Assembly (NCBI RefSeq): GCF_009914755.1
Contig: NC_060931.1
Strand: one strand, 5' to 3'
Length of the DNA stretch: 64,000 nt
Origin: the human T2T-CHM13v2.0 reference genome, Homo sapiens
The notes beneath the pieces are model-generated. The model did no database searches, was not told the DNA's origin, and worked only from the letters and a program-made list of their open reading frames with translations. This document shows positions 1 to 14,504 of the stretch, in pieces. Made by a program: the position numbers and the translations under genes. Position 1 is the stretch's first letter. Each line of letters begins with the position of its first letter.

Positions 1-1390
1 AAATTGACAAATGGGATCAAATTAAACAAAAGAAGATCTTCTGCATGGCAAAATAAACTATCAACGATTGAACAGAAAACTTACAGAATGGGAAAAACTT
101 TCTGCAAACTATGCATCTAACAAAGGTCAAATATCCAGCATCTATAAGGAACTTAAACAAATTTACAAGAAAAAAACAAACAACTCCATTAAAAAGTGGG
201 CAAAGTGATGAACAGACACTCTTCAAAAGAAGACATACATGTGGCCAACAGGCATATAAAAAAGCTCAACATCACTGATCATTAGGGAAATGCAAATCAA
301 AACCAAAATGAGATACCATGTCATACCAGCCAGAATAGTATTATTAAAAAGTTAAAAAATATCAGATGCTGGTGAGGTTATGGGGAAAAGGAAACACTTA
401 TACACTGTTGGTGGGAGTGTAAATTGGCTCAACCATCATGGAAAGCAGTATGGCTATTTCTCAAAGAGCTGAAAACAGAATTCCCATTCAACCCAGTAAT
501 TCCATTACTGGGTATATACCCTAAGGCAGCAGTCCCCAAAATTTTTGGCACCAGGGACCTGATTCATGGAAGACAATTACTCCACAGGCAGGGCGGGGGG
601 TGGCAGGAGTGGATGGTTTTGGGATGACACTTTTCCACCTCAAATCATCAGACATTAGATTCTCATAAGGAGGAGCTCACAACCTAGATCCCTTGCATGC
701 TCACAATAGGGTTCACAGTCATGAGAATCTAATGCTGCTGCTGATCTGACAGTAGGCAGGGCTCAGATAGTAATGCTCCTTCTCTGCCACTTACCTCCTG
801 CTGTGCAGCTTGGTTTCTACCAGGCCATGGACTGGTACTGGTTCGTGGCCTAGGGTTTGGGGACTCCTGGCCTAATGACTATAAATCTTTCTATCATAAA
901 GATGCATGCACATACACTTCTCCTTATGAGTACTATTTACAATAGGCAAGATATTGAATCGACCTAAATACCTATCAATGGTAGATTAGATAAAGAAAAT
1001 ATGGCATATATACACGATGGAATACTATGTAGTCATAAAAAAAGAATGAGGTCATGTCCTTTGCAGGAACATGGATGAAGTCAGAGACCATTATTCTTAG
1101 CAAACTAACACAGGAATATAAAACCAAATACCACATGTTCTCATTTCTAAGTGGGAGCTAAATGATAAAAGCACATGGACACGAAGAAGGGTACAACAGA
1201 CTTTGGGCCTAAAAATTGAGAATGGAGGATGGGAGGACAGAGAGGAGCAGAAAAAAATAACTATTGAGTACTAGGCTTAGTACCTGGGTCATGAAATAAT
1301 CTGTACCACAAACCCCTGTGACATGAGGTTACCTATATAACAAACCTGCTTTGTACCTCTGAACCTAAAAGTTTAAAAAGAAAAAAACAA
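1..1390 (+). mobile_element. L1 3' portion (end of ORF2, 3'UTR, A-rich tail), L1PA15/16-like, interrupted by MER1
   Basis: Typical L1 ORF2 C-terminal sequence (gaaatgcaaatcaaaacc, ccattactgggtatatacc). 3'UTR gagcagaaaaaaataactattgagtactaggcttagtacctgggt, then an A-rich tail near 1375-1390. Frames are disrupted. Confidence 0.9.
527..869 (-). mobile_element. MER1B-like hAT-Charlie MITE
   Basis: Terminal inverted repeats cagcagtcccc...ggggactcctg; 343 bp; degenerate 8-bp TSD ccctaagg (519-526) / gcctaatg (870-877). The L1 sequence resumes on both sides. Confidence 0.88.
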
Positions 1391-1547
1391 TAATAACCAA
1401 CATTTTAATGTAAACATTTTCAGTCTCACACTGAAAGTGTTTGAGTGAAACAAAACATTTTCCTTTAAAACAAAAACATTTAAAACATTTCATTTCATTT
1501 AAAATATTTTTGTATAAAAACAAAAAATAATCAGATTTAATTTTGAG

Positions 1548-1679
1548 TTATTTATTTATTTATTTTTATTTATTTTTTTGAGATGCAACCGTGTTGGCTA
1601 GGCGGGTCTTGAATGGCCTCAAGAAATTCTCGGCCTCCTGATTAGCTGGGGCTTCAGGCACGTGCTACCACACCCAGGC
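1548..1679 (-). mobile_element. FLAM/Alu monomer, old
   Basis: (TTTA)n tail followed by gagatg...ggctaggcgggtcttgaa...ctaccacacccagg, about 130 bp. Confidence 0.75.
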
Positions 1680-1955
1680 TCATAAGTAAACTTTCTCAAT
1701 AGTGAAATTAGGCCACTTCTCAGAGAATATGTATCAACTATTTATATTGCCACAAACTCAGAATTAGAGTTAAAAGGGCAGAATTTAGTGCTAGAAAAAT
1801 CTGTAGGTGTTATCAGAGTAATGTATTTTAAAAGTTAATTTTCTAAATAAATAGTGTTTGCATCTTTCTTGATAGAAATTCACACAATTTCAGTGATGGT
1901 CTTAAAGGTACTTAGGGCTTATTATATTATTTATCCTTATACTACATGTTCTCAG

Positions 1956-2130
1956 GTTATCTTAAACATTTTTTAGCTCCTCTGCTGATAGCATTTGGTC
2001 AAGTTTCTCACTCCCCTTGTATCATTACATTGGCTCCTGGTGGTGTTAACCCACTCTTACTTATGGTTTCCAATTACCAGAGACCTGGGAAACAAAGTAA
2101 CCAATCTTGTTACTCTAAATACATATATCT
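1956..2130 (+). other. Candidate spliced exon (175 nt) in unique DNA
   Basis: Acceptor ttatccttatactacatgttctcag|G and donor TCT|gtgagt. One frame is open throughout (YLKHFLAPLLIAFGQ...SKYIY). No recognised homology. Confidence 0.3.
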
Positions 2131-3735
2131 GTGAGTGGATATGTGGGCTCTGAGTTATTAGGCCTCCTCCTTTCTAATAAAATTTTTGGCCTTTTGTTCA
2201 TGGGCTTGTGTCACTTATTTCATGCTGGTTTTATCAGACAAGGATTGTAATGGGTATTTTAACCACTAGAGAATATTTTCTCATCTCATTTCAGAGCCTA
2301 AAGCTGTTTCCTAGGGATTTGAAATTGTTACTGACTCAACTCTGGGTAACTGCTAAAAAAATTAATGCATTTAAAAAATATTTTCATACTGTCTGATAAA
2401 ATGAATTGTAATTATATTTGTTTTTTTCTACAAAAAGCAACAAATGTTATTTTCTTTCAAGGTCTTGCTAAGACTTTGAATGATTTTGCTTTTTGTGTTT
2501 ATAATACGACTATTCTTATTATTCCAAATAGCAAGGCAAGTACTTACACAGAAAATAATTATGTTTTACCTATCCCACCTATGAAGAGAAATATTTAAAA
2601 GTAAAACAGTGAAGTCTTAGTAATAGGACAGCAAAGCATTGACTGAGGCTCGAGATGGGGACTTTCATTCTCATCTCACAGATCCTTGCAACACAAGCAA
2701 AGTTCTATTGACTGTAGTAACAAAAGGAGTGAATATTTACTTAGCCATTTCTCTCATAGCCAGGTATGTTAGTACTTGATTCTCCCCTGCCTAAATTCAT
2801 CATTAAATGTGTATATACGAACATACTTTGGAATCTTCAGGTAACTTAACTCAGGGAATAGATTATGTATAAAATAAGTTGATTTATTCAACAACATATC
2901 AACTTCCAAATATCCAAAAGTAGTTATCTATCTTACTGTGAGTTTTCTCTAAGAAATTTTTACCTTTACACAGATTTAGAAAATTTTAATTTCCAGCCCT
3001 CCTTTTATAAATATTTGAAGCAACAAGTTTTAGTTTTACACTAAGAAACATGTATCATTTTCATTTGCAAAGGTATGCTTTGTAAAACAATATGTTAAAC
3101 AAATTCCTCACTTGGATATAGTAATCCCCATTTTTGTTGATCAATATCTAAATGTTCTGATTTCCTTCATGAATGTGAGTGAAAACTTTATAGGGAATAT
3201 AAACATGGAAACTAAATAAAGATTTTCTTGTTCAGTTGTTTATTGTATGCATGATAATCAATAAAAATGACTCATACAATGCATTTGAAATTAAAGAAAT
3301 GTTAATACATATAAAAGCAACAATTTCCCCCAATATCATATAAACGTGTTTTTGGGAAATGAAAATTCATTGTATGTTTAACAAGTGGTAAATGATGAGA
3401 GGATTTTCAATATGGATGAGTCTAATATTTATAGAAAATTGTTATTTTATATAAGCATTTATTTCTCTGCTTCTAGAATAATGTAACATTTCCTGAAGTA
3501 TATGGCATTTAGAATTTGAAAATAAGCTCTTAAGAACAAAGTGATTATTTTACTTATATTTTGGGCTTAAAGGGTAAAAGCTCTGTTTCAGCCCACAAAA
3601 ATTATTGTTTTCTATATGCTTCTTGGGTATATTATTGTAATTCAAAAAAAGACTGAAAATAGAGGCGTAAAATAGTTTCTGCTTACATGCTGTGAAATTC
3701 TCACCACAAGATTTTAAATTGAACTTGCTTAACAG

Positions 3736-3912
3736 GCAGAGAGAACCGTCTTCTTTCTTCAAAGACATAAGGACTTGTTCAGTAAGAGGAAAAGGTCTAG
3801 CAGCATTTTCAGAAAGGGGCACATTGAGTGCCTCTGTGATTCTTGCTCATATTGGCTCTACTCCTAACATCAGAACATGCCAAAGAAGAACATGTGCATG
3901 TGACAAGCAAAA
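3736..3912 (+). other. Candidate spliced exon (177 nt) in unique DNA
   Basis: Acceptor aacttgcttaacag|G and donor AAA|gtaagt. One open frame (QREPSSFFKDIRTC...CDKQ), phase-compatible with 1956-2130. Confidence 0.3.
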
Positions 3913-4553
3913 GTAAGTTAAAGAACAAGCTAACCTAATGGCCTGGAAGAAGTATCTTAAAATGATAACATCATTTGATTTGCACATTTTGTGGTCTGAA
4001 AGTCCAAGACAACCAGTGCTTACAATATTAAGTATATTTCTTAGTCTGCTATATGTAAAACTAGATATAAACTTGCTTTCACCCTGAAACAAGGTTTGGG
4101 CCTTGTTTAAAATTTCTGAGTAGCAAAGTACTACTCCAGTAGCAAAGTGCTTTCATCTAAAGGATAGGGAAATATTCGCCTCTATTATTTAAGTTTTCTA
4201 TAATAAAAATGTATTCTATTTAGCCCTTGAATACAGCAAAAGTGTTTTAATAAGAAATATGCATTTTAACTCTAATCAGACATTCAAATCATAAGAAGCC
4301 TTTTCTATATTTGGTAGCTACTCTGGCTAAAGTACTGTTTCAAATTTGTGCACTTTCAGATGTGGTAACTACAAGAAAAAGATCAATTAGCTCAAACTGA
4401 TAATGCTTCCATGTATCAATTTGACACTTTAGGAACTACTTGCTTAGATTCTACAATGTGAAGGGATAGTTGTTAATTCATGACAGGAGAAAAGTATGTT
4501 GAAGAATTTAGACAAATAGAATGATTAGACAGGACAATCTGAATGTGAGGTAC

Positions 4554-5604
4554 TATCAGGGGAACCAGCCCCCAGTATTTCAACGTAGGTTCTATTTTCC
4601 CTAAGTGTTGGCTGGTCTGAGAAATAAAGAGAAAGAGTACAAAGAGAGAAATTTTACAGCTGGGCCTGCGGGGGTCACATCACATATTGGCAGGTTCCAT
4701 AATGCCCATCTAAGCTGCAAAACCAGCAAGTTTTTATTAGGGATTTCAAAAGGGGAGGGGTGTATGAATAGGGAATAGGTCACAGGGATCACATGCTTCA
4801 GAGGGCAATAAAAGATCACAAGGCAGAGGGCGAAATTAGAATTACTGATGAGGTTCCATGTCCTGCTGGGCACGCATTGTCTTGATAAACATCTTAAAAG
4901 GAAACAGGGTTCAAGAGCAGACAACCGGTCTGACTCGAATTCACCAGGCTGGAATTTCCCAATCCTGGTAAGCCTGAGGGCACTGCAGGAGACCAGGTTG
5001 TATTTCATCCCTTATCTTCAACCACATAAGACAGACACTCCCAGAGCAGTCATCGATAGGCCTACCCCTGGGAATGCATTCCTTCCCCAGGGTTATTCCT
5101 TGCTAGGAAAAGAATTCAGTGATATTTCTCCTGTTTGCTTTCTGCCAGAAGAAAAATGTGACTCTATTCTGCCCAACCCCGTGGGCAGTCAGACCTTAAG
5201 TTTATCTTCCCTTGTTCCCTGAAGATCGCTGTTGTTCTGTTCTTTTTCAGGGTGCCCTGATTTAATATTGTTCAAACACACGTTTTACAAACAATTCTTA
5301 GGGTTAATGCAATCATCACAGAGTCCTGAGGTGACATACATCCTCAGCTTACAAAAATGACAGGATTAAGAGATTAAAGTAAAGACAGGCATAGGAAATT
5401 ATAAGAGTGTTGATTGGGGAATTGATAAATGTCCATGAAATCTTCACAATTTATGTTCAGAGATTGCAGTACAGACAGACATAAGAAATTATAAAAGTAT
5501 TAATTTTGGGAACTGATAAATGTCCATGAAAACTTCACAATTTATGTGTTTCTGCCATGGCTTCAGCCGGTCCCTCCGTTTGGGGTCCCTGACTTCCTGC
5601 AACA
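4554..5604 (-). mobile_element. MER11 (HERV-K11/HML-8) solo LTR, MER11C/B-like
   Basis: The minus strand starts TGTTGCAGGAAGTCAGGGACCCC; 1051 bp; perfect 6-bp TSD aggtac at 4548-4553 and 5605-5610; internal ~80-bp duplication at about 5384-5545. Confidence 0.93.
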
Positions 5605-5821
5605 AGGTACCTCTAGAAAGAGATGAAAAGTGCCATCATAATGCAATGCTTTGAGCTACTCCAAGATACAAAACATAAAATTAACCCATAGAAAAGTATT
5701 TCAAGTAGATTAAATCATCATGAAAACAGAAGACAATCTTGGACCTTACATAGAAGAAATTTGGTTTATTATTCATTGGAGAAAGCTCATAGAACTCTGA
5801 CTCAGCCTTCACAAGTGATGA

Positions 5822-6445
5822 TGTAAGACCATTCTGCCAATGCAGCCTACTTCTCCCTGCGCCCCAATGCCTCTCAGATCATAAGATGAGAATGCTTTGC
5901 CTCACTGCTTACAAGGTACACTGCTCACTTCCCACACTGGAGCTTTGCTGTGGCCTCTGATGAATGAAACCTATAGGACTCCTTTGACACCCAGCCTACA
6001 GGCAGACAGAAAGCTGCTAGCTAATATTTGCTTGCTAGCTGGCTGTGGGTGCTATAATGTTATGGGTCTGGTTGCCCTAGAGTCTATAACAAAATCGCAG
6101 TTTAGAGGAGCCAGATAACATCACAAGAAAATGTTAATGCCTTTTGGAGGTAACTGTAACCAATAATAGATGGGAGACGGGAAGAAGCCAGAACAAATTA
6201 TTTTCTCTTCTTCTCCCCCAGAAGTTACAATATTTTCATTGTAACCAGCTGTGATTTCTTGCAAAGCTGTGGCAGCTCCACAATGCAGCACTTTGCTTCT
6301 CTGCCTTGCTCTCCTTTTATCCTCACTTTTGTTTCCATAAGATTGCACTCACCCACTCACATACATATTTAATAAAATTAGCACCTATGTCTTACCTCAG
6401 GAAACATGTCTTACATGTCTTTCCTTCTAGGAAACCTAAATAATC
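5822..6445 (+). mobile_element. Old ERVL LTR (LTR16-like)
   Basis: aaccaataatagatgggagacgggaagaagccaga core, AATAAA, and an end resembling ctcagg...ttctaggaaacctaaataa. Boundaries approximate. Confidence 0.5.
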
Positions 6446-7719
6446 AAGAAAGGGATTTTCAGGAAAAATACCAAAGAGCCCTTTCCTTTGGAAATATTTC
6501 TCTCAACTATGTATAAATGAGAGAGATAAAATTGTAAAATAGAGCAAGTAAGAATTATGCAAACAGTAAAATAAAACAAAACGTAAGAATACTACATCAG
6601 CCATGAAACTCAACAGTTGTTGCAAGAATTAAAATATTAGCTAAGTTGCTTTACTTTGGATCAGAGCTTGACAGCGTAAGTTGACTTATAATCTGTGGTT
6701 CATTTACAGCCTAGGACAGTTTGATAGAGGGAGCTAAAAGTCACTACTGGTAGAATAAAGGAATAGGAAAATTAGACATACACAACATTTTGAAGGATCT
6801 ATTTATTCTTCTTTGATTTCAGTGTTTCTAGTTAGCTTCCAGTTTTCTAACATTTCTCCAATGTGGTTTTCTACATTGGCATACTCTTTCCTCTTTCCTC
6901 TTCTTAGATATATCTAAATTTCCTGTATCTTTAACATAAATTTAGTTGGCAATAGGGAAAGCATTCAATCAAAACATTTACATGAATTTTTAGTGATGAT
7001 CATACATTTAATCCTTTGGGGGCAGTTGAATTGTAGAGACAGAATTGCTTAATCAAGAGTAACAAATATTAAATAGTGCATGATAGTTGGGTAATGTTAA
7101 CGTTTCTAATCATCATAAGTAATCTCACTGACATATTCTTCTAGAAAAAGAAGATACAATATTTATTCCTCTTGCACTCTTATAGTGTTCTCAAAATATT
7201 TTTTTAAAGTCATTCTTAGTTTTTATTTTCTTATATTCACAATGCTTAATAAGATTTTGTAGACTCTCATGCTGAATGCATGTAATGTGTAGATTCAACT
7301 GTGCCTAGTTTAAAACACAAGCTATGGTCATCTCTTTGTGAAGCTTAAATATGTGTCTGTCTTTTATTCCAATTGAGTCCCTGGTAACTCACTTGTGTAA
7401 CAATTATCACAGTTTCCACACCATTAACTACATTTAACTAAATTAACTACATTTTCTATTAAGAGATTTGAAATTATTTGAGGAGTTTTTATGAAATTCC
7501 TAGAACTCTACATGCTGTTGGTAAATCCTAACCAGGATTTACCTGAGACACAGCCTTCCAGAGGGACCATCATCACCAAGATGCAAAACATAACATCCTT
7601 CTGTTCATCTACTCATCAACACCATTTCTCACCTGCCATGATTTCCCAATAACTCATCCCTCTTGTAACTTATTATCTGAAATTAGTAAAATCAAGTTAT
7701 CTCCCACTTCTTCTATAAA

Positions 7720-8165
7720 GCTCCATTTGCACATTTTGTGCTGATTGAATTCTTGCTGTAACCCAGAAACAATGTTTCTCTTGAAATTCTCTCAAACAAA
7801 GGTATTCTTCCTCATTCTTGACAGAACTCAGAGACTGAGTTATTCCACATTTCCTAAAAAAATATGATTTTGCTGAAATTCTTTTTTTAGACTATGCTAT
7901 CATTTGCCTTTATTTGTTGAAGATTTTAGCCTTCTTCACAATTGGACCCAAAATTCTTGAAAATATCAACCTCCACCTATATCATTCATCCAGAATTTCT
8001 GCCTCTCATTTCCTTGACCTCCTCACTTTCTACAACGGGTTATTTTACCTCAACTCAGTCATGTCCTCTCATGAGCAAATTTAGACTTTGTCATCAGAAT
8101 TATCATGCAACCTCCATAATTTCAGAATACCACTTTCTATATCTCCAGTTAATGTGCACTAGAAA
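7720..8165 (+). mobile_element. L2 ORF2 fragment
   Basis: gcctctcatttccttgacctcctcac...ctcagtcatgtcctctcatg...tagactttgtcatcag resembles L2 endonuclease-region sequence. Confidence 0.5.
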
Positions 8166-8563
8166 TAATACCTTGCTCTATCAGGTCTAAGGAAGGAAAC
8201 ATGACTCTCATTTCTGCCAGCCAATGATTAGGTAGGACTTACTGCCTCTGCGTTATCAGTGAGTACCACTCAAGAGAGCCAAAACTCTCATTTCCACCAA
8301 GCAGTAATGAGAACAACCCCCTTAAGCTTTAATAAAGGTAAAGTGGAGAAAACACACTCTATATATACCTAAGAGTAATAAGAAAACTACCCTTTTCCCT
8401 AGCCGAGACAGTGGCCATAGACAGCCAACTAAATGGAAGGACTAAGATCCAGATTCTCATAAGAAAGTACCCCAAAATGTCCATATTTAAATGAAAAATC
8501 AATCATCATCTCAAGGACAAGAAAAATATCAAACAGAATTTAGAAAGATAATCAGTAGATGCT

Positions 8564-8700
8564 GGCTGAGTGCAGTGGTTCATGTCTGTAATCCCAGGAA
8601 TTTGGGAGGCCAAGGCACGCAGATCACTTGTAGCAAGGAGTTCAAGACAAGGTTGAGTAGCATAGCAAGACCATATCTGTTTAAAATCAATAAAAAATAG
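8564..8700 (+). mobile_element. FLAM/AluJ left monomer, within an old L1M 5'/ORF1 fragment (about 8190-8900)
   Basis: ggctgagtgcagtggttcatgtctgtaatcccag...gagttcaagac followed by an A-rich end. The flank acagagatgttagagttatcagacaaaggttttaaagcagc is L1M ORF1-like. Confidence 0.8.
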
Positions 8701-8914
8701 CTAGATGGATAGATAAATTAAAAAACAGATTCCAGTACTAAGTTTACAGAGATGTTAGAGTTATCAGACAAAGGTTTTAAAGCAGCCGTTATACAAATAC
8801 AAATGCTTCAACATGCTTGAATTGTAAAATAAAAAGTCTCAGCAAAAAAAAAAGTCTAGGCACAAAATAGAAAGCATAAAGAAAAAACAAAGATTCTAGA
8901 AATGAAATGAACTT

Positions 8915-10083
8915 AGAAATTTAGGTGATCAGATTTCCAAGCAAAGTGTTGAAGTTATAGACTGGTTTATTCTTGCTGCTTTTAGTGAAATTCAAGAAGA
9001 AAATTAAAGAAATATTTATAAACATAAAGAAAATGGCCTACAAACTTTACAAAAGATACTAAAATTAAGACATTTACTGTATTAAGTATTTTCTAGAGAA
9101 AAATATGAGTGCCTGGCATTATAACCTTTGGATAATACCTTAGATCAGAAATGCACAGTGTTCAGTCACACAAAAACTCTTAAGTAAATTAAAGGCTCAT
9201 GCATTGACCGCTTTTGCCATATTAGCAGAACCAAAAAGTAAAAGAGATTATTTCAGAAAGATCTGTTGACAAATTTCCTGTTTAGTGGAGTGAATTCCCA
9301 TGCCATTTATGGAGAGACCCACAAGGTACGTGAGAATGTTATATGAGTAGAAACACTGCCAGTTTTGTCCAGAAGGCACAGAAAGCACAAGTAAAAGAAA
9401 GCTATTGAACTGCAACATTCCATAGTCAAGATATAAGCTGGTAAGACTACTCAACTACAAATACATTCTACTTTTTATGAAAAGGAATGAGTGACTTAGA
9501 GTCAAAAGCCCATAGGACTGAGCTATGAACCCAAATGATCAATTCATGTGCTTCAGAATATTATTCCCAGGCACTGACAAGTCAAGTTTTCCCATCTAGA
9601 TTTTGAAATTGCTTGGACCAGTTGATTCTGGTTTTCCTTTAATTGTTTCACTCTTGGAGTGGAAATATCTGTAGCTACTAAATATATATGTCTCACCATT
9701 ATATTTTTGATCAGATAACTTAATTCTTGTGCTTTAAAAACTTTACAGATGAAGAGAAATTGTGCTTCAGGATTGATTATAACCAGAGCCTCACCCATGC
9801 CTAATTTGTATTACTTAGATGACGATACACGAAACTTTTGAGGTTCTAAGATTTAGATGAGATTTTGGGTTTTAGTTGATGCTACAGTGGGTTAAGACTT
9901 GGGGGTGGTTTGAATATGGTGACTGTACTTTGTAGGTTGTATTCAGGTAAGTCTGAGGTCCAGATTTTGGACTGTGATAGACAGAATATGTCCCCTCCCA
10001 AGATGTCCACATTCAGAACCTATTAATGTAATGTTATTTAAAAATAAATACATAAATAAATATTGCAGAAAGAATTTTGCTAA
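8915..10083 (+). mobile_element. MaLR MLT1 internal region plus start of the 3' MLT1 LTR (from about 9973)
   Basis: gatttccaagcaaagtgttgaag...tttattcttgctgcttttagtgaaat is MaLR-internal-like; tgtgatagacagaatatgtcccctcccaagatgtccac matches an MLT1 LTR start. Confidence 0.65.
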
Positions 10084-10404
<321 letters not shown>

Positions 10405-10877
10405 TAAGATACGGAAGATAGAAGGTTACTATGCAAAAATCAATTGTTTTCATACCTACAAGCAATGAACAACTGGAATTTCACATTTAAAAACCAATGC
10501 TATAATGGCACCAATAGAACAGAATACTTAGCATGGATCTAACAAAGTATGTCCAATATCTGTTGCAGAAGATTACAAAACACTGAGGAAAGAAATTACA
10601 GATCTAAATAAATGATGACATGCCCCATGTTTATGTATTGAAATATTCAACATTGTTACAATTTTAGTACTTCTCTATTTGATCTGTAGATTCTTCAGTA
10701 CAACCCCAGTCAAAATTCTAGCAAGCTATTTTGTAGCTATCAACATACTGAATCTAAAGTTTGTATGGGAAGACAGAAGACCTAGAATAGAAAACACAGC
10801 TCATAAGAAGGATTGAATTTAGAGGCCTTACACCATCCAATATTTGGAGACTTACTCTAACAGCTGTAGTAATCACA

Positions 10878-11003
10878 ACATTCATTATTTGGGTGATGGG
10901 TACACTAGTAACCCAAACTCCAACATTATGCAATATACCCATGTAACAAACATCTATCTGCATGTACCCCCTGAATCTTAAAACATAAAAAACAAAACAG
11001 CAA
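10878..11003 (+). mobile_element. Severely 5'-truncated L1PB/L1PA16-17-like 3' tip
   Basis: gggtgatgggtacactag...atgcaatatacccatgtaacaaac...ccccctgaatct plus an A tail; degenerate TSD agctgtagtaatca / agctgtaagaatca. Confidence 0.75.
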
Positions 11004-11483
11004 AAGCTGTAAGAATCAAACTGCTGTGGAACTGACTTAAGAAAAACATATATAGTCCAATGGAACAGAATAGAGATACCACTAGCAGACCAACACAAAT
11101 ATTGACAACTTATTTTGATGGAGGAGCAAAGGCAATTAAATAAAGGACAGGCTATCCAAAAAACTGAGCACCTGTATACAAAATGTGAACTTAGACATAG
11201 ATCTTATACATCACACAAAATTAACTCAAAATAAATCAAAATTTCAATATCTTTATATAAAATGAACATTAAAATATATTACATATATGTATATAAATAT
11301 AAAATGCAAATATAGATATAAAATTCAAGACTATCAAACTTTTGGGAGAAAATCTATGTGACCTTGGTGAAGAGTTTTTAGAAAATTACATAAAGCATGA
11401 TCTGTGAAAGAAAGCATTGGTAAGTTGAATTTGTATAAGTTAAAAATCCTGTCTGTAAAAATCACTTATAAGGGACAAGCCAG

Positions 11484-11813
<330 letters not shown>

Positions 11814-14504
11814 AAGAGACAAGCCTCACGCTAGGAGAAAATATTTGCAAAATATGTAGTTAATAATGAATTTATATCCAAAATATATATTTAAAAAAAC
11901 ACAAAAAGCTCAAAATTAATAAAACATTCCAATTAAAAAAAAGATAGGCAAAAGACAGATGACCAAAGAGGACATAGAAAAGGGAAATAAGCATGTGAAA
12001 AGGTATTCAACATTATTTGTCATTAGAAGAATGTTAATTAAAAATACTATGAGATGGCATTTCTTACCTATTAGAATGACCAAAATCCAAAAACCTAACA
12101 GTAACAATTGCTGGTGAGGATTCAGAGCAATAGCAACTCTCATTCATTGCTGGTAGAAATGCAAAATGTTTCAGCCACATTGGATGACAATTTGTCTATG
12201 TCTTAGAAAACTAAACCTACTTACGATATGATCCAGCAATTACACTCCATGGTATTTCACAAATGACTGGAAAACTTACATCCACACAAAAACATGCACA
12301 TGAATGTTTACAGCAGCTTATTCATCACCACCAAATCAAGAAACAAGCAAGATGACCTTCAACTGGTAAATGAGTAAATAAAATGTAGTATATTTATACA
12401 ATAGAATACTATCCAGTGATAAAAATACATGTGCTATCAAGCCATGTAAAGACATGGATAAATCTTAATTGCATATTGCAAAGTGAAATAAGGAAATCTA
12501 ACTAATCTACATAGTATGATTTCATTTATATGGTATTTTGGAAAAGCAAAATTATAAAGACAGTAAACAGATAAGTAGTTGATAAAGGTCCAGGAGTCGG
12601 GTGATCTGGGGAGTTAAATTAGTGAAACAGGGAATTGTTTAGGGTAATTAAACCATTTTATATGATAATTTAATGGCAGACACACTATATATTTGTCAAA
12701 ACTATTAAAACTTCGCAGCACAAAGAATGAACATTAAATATGAAAACGTTTTAACATTTAGGAAGCAGAGGACCCCAGGATGAAATACAGACTGTAACCC
12801 CAAAATAATATAACTATGGTAAAAATATATAAAGCAATCCAACTGAATGGGGGATGCTGATCTAAGTAACCTTGCAAATGAGTGGCTTCTATAAGACTAA
12901 AGGCAAAAAGCACTGTACGTAAACACAGTACTTTAGTTGATAAAGTTGTTACCCATGAAGGTATGAGTTAACAATTCTGAAACATCTACATATTTGTACT
13001 GGGATTAAACAATAAAACAAATGGGCAATGCATAATGGGAGCCAGATTTCTCATGTTTGAAGCTCAAGTTTACAGAAAAGCAAGAGGAGAAAGCTGGAAT
13101 GATCCATGTGGGGATGCATTAGAATAGGAGACATCAGTACGGAATCATGTTCAGCTTAATACAGATACAGATGCTTATGTGTAGACATGTGGATATGCAT
13201 TGGTTAGTATACACAAATATCCTTTTTGCTCTACCAGTTGAGAGGGGATAGAAACAATGGCACCCCAAGAGCAAGAAACTCACCTATCACTCAGACATTT
13301 TTTTTTTCCTAATACCATACTCCAACAAAAGGAACTGGGTCTCGGAGAGATGACTGATTCTCAGGCTTCAGCAGGGAACATATAAATTGAATGAGGAACA
13401 TTTTGTAATATCAGAAAGTTAAAAAGTGCTTTCAAAAAACTCCCACAATAATGCAGGTATATAAGAAATACCCAGGAACCAATTTAAAGCCAATTGCCAA
13501 AGCTGGAACAATTCAAGAACCCAAATAAAGCAACATTGGATTATAAGTCAAAGTATGAAATATACATTGATGAATCCATATTGATATAAAAAATGAATAA
13601 ATTCATAAGTGGAGATAGTTAAATATCCCTTGCAGAAGATTCCTACACAATTTATGTAGATATTCTACTCTCAAGGAGGTAGAGCATAGCTTTTCAGACC
13701 TTAAGTTTGTGCTGCTCATAGTGAATTCCTTCCAAAGAGAAAAAGGGGAAAAAGAGTAAGTTTACAGTGGAGAAACCTGACAAATACTACCTCAGCCTGA
13801 TGAGAAAGGTCAATGTCAACAGTCATAAATCACGGTGATAATATCTATCTTTGATGTGATATGATGGGAATGAGACTTAACCTCCATTATCTTCCTCCCT
13901 AAAACCCATAACCCAAGGCTAATCATGAGAAAAACATTAGACAAATCCCAATTGAGAGAGAGTCTAGAAAATACCTAACCAGTACTCATCAAAACTGTTA
14001 AGGTGACCCAAACAGAAAAGCTCTGATAAACTGAAGCCAGTACAGCCTAGGAGACATGACAATTAAATGTAACGTGATCTTCTGGATGACATCATATGGT
14101 AACATAATAAGGACGTTAGGTAAAGACTAAGGAGCTCTGAATAAAGTATGGACTTTGGTTTACGATAATATACAAATATCGATTGGGACAAATATACCAT
14201 ACTGACGTCAGATACTAATAATAGAGATAATTGAGTATGGAACTCCATTATTCTCTTTTTTATTATAAATCCAAACTATTCAGAAATTAAGTTCATTTTT
14301 TAAAAGTTATGGGCCATAGGAGCACATATTTCTCAAATCTGTGCAATGGTTCACATTTAACAAAAAATGTTACTCCTCAGAGCCAGACAATCTAATATAA
14401 TGCCCACAATTGTATTCAATTCCAAACCCAGGATTTTGGAGCACATGTCTTTGTATGGGGCAACCTGTAGATGAGTAAGGGCTTTCCAACCTGGATTGCA
14501 TGGC

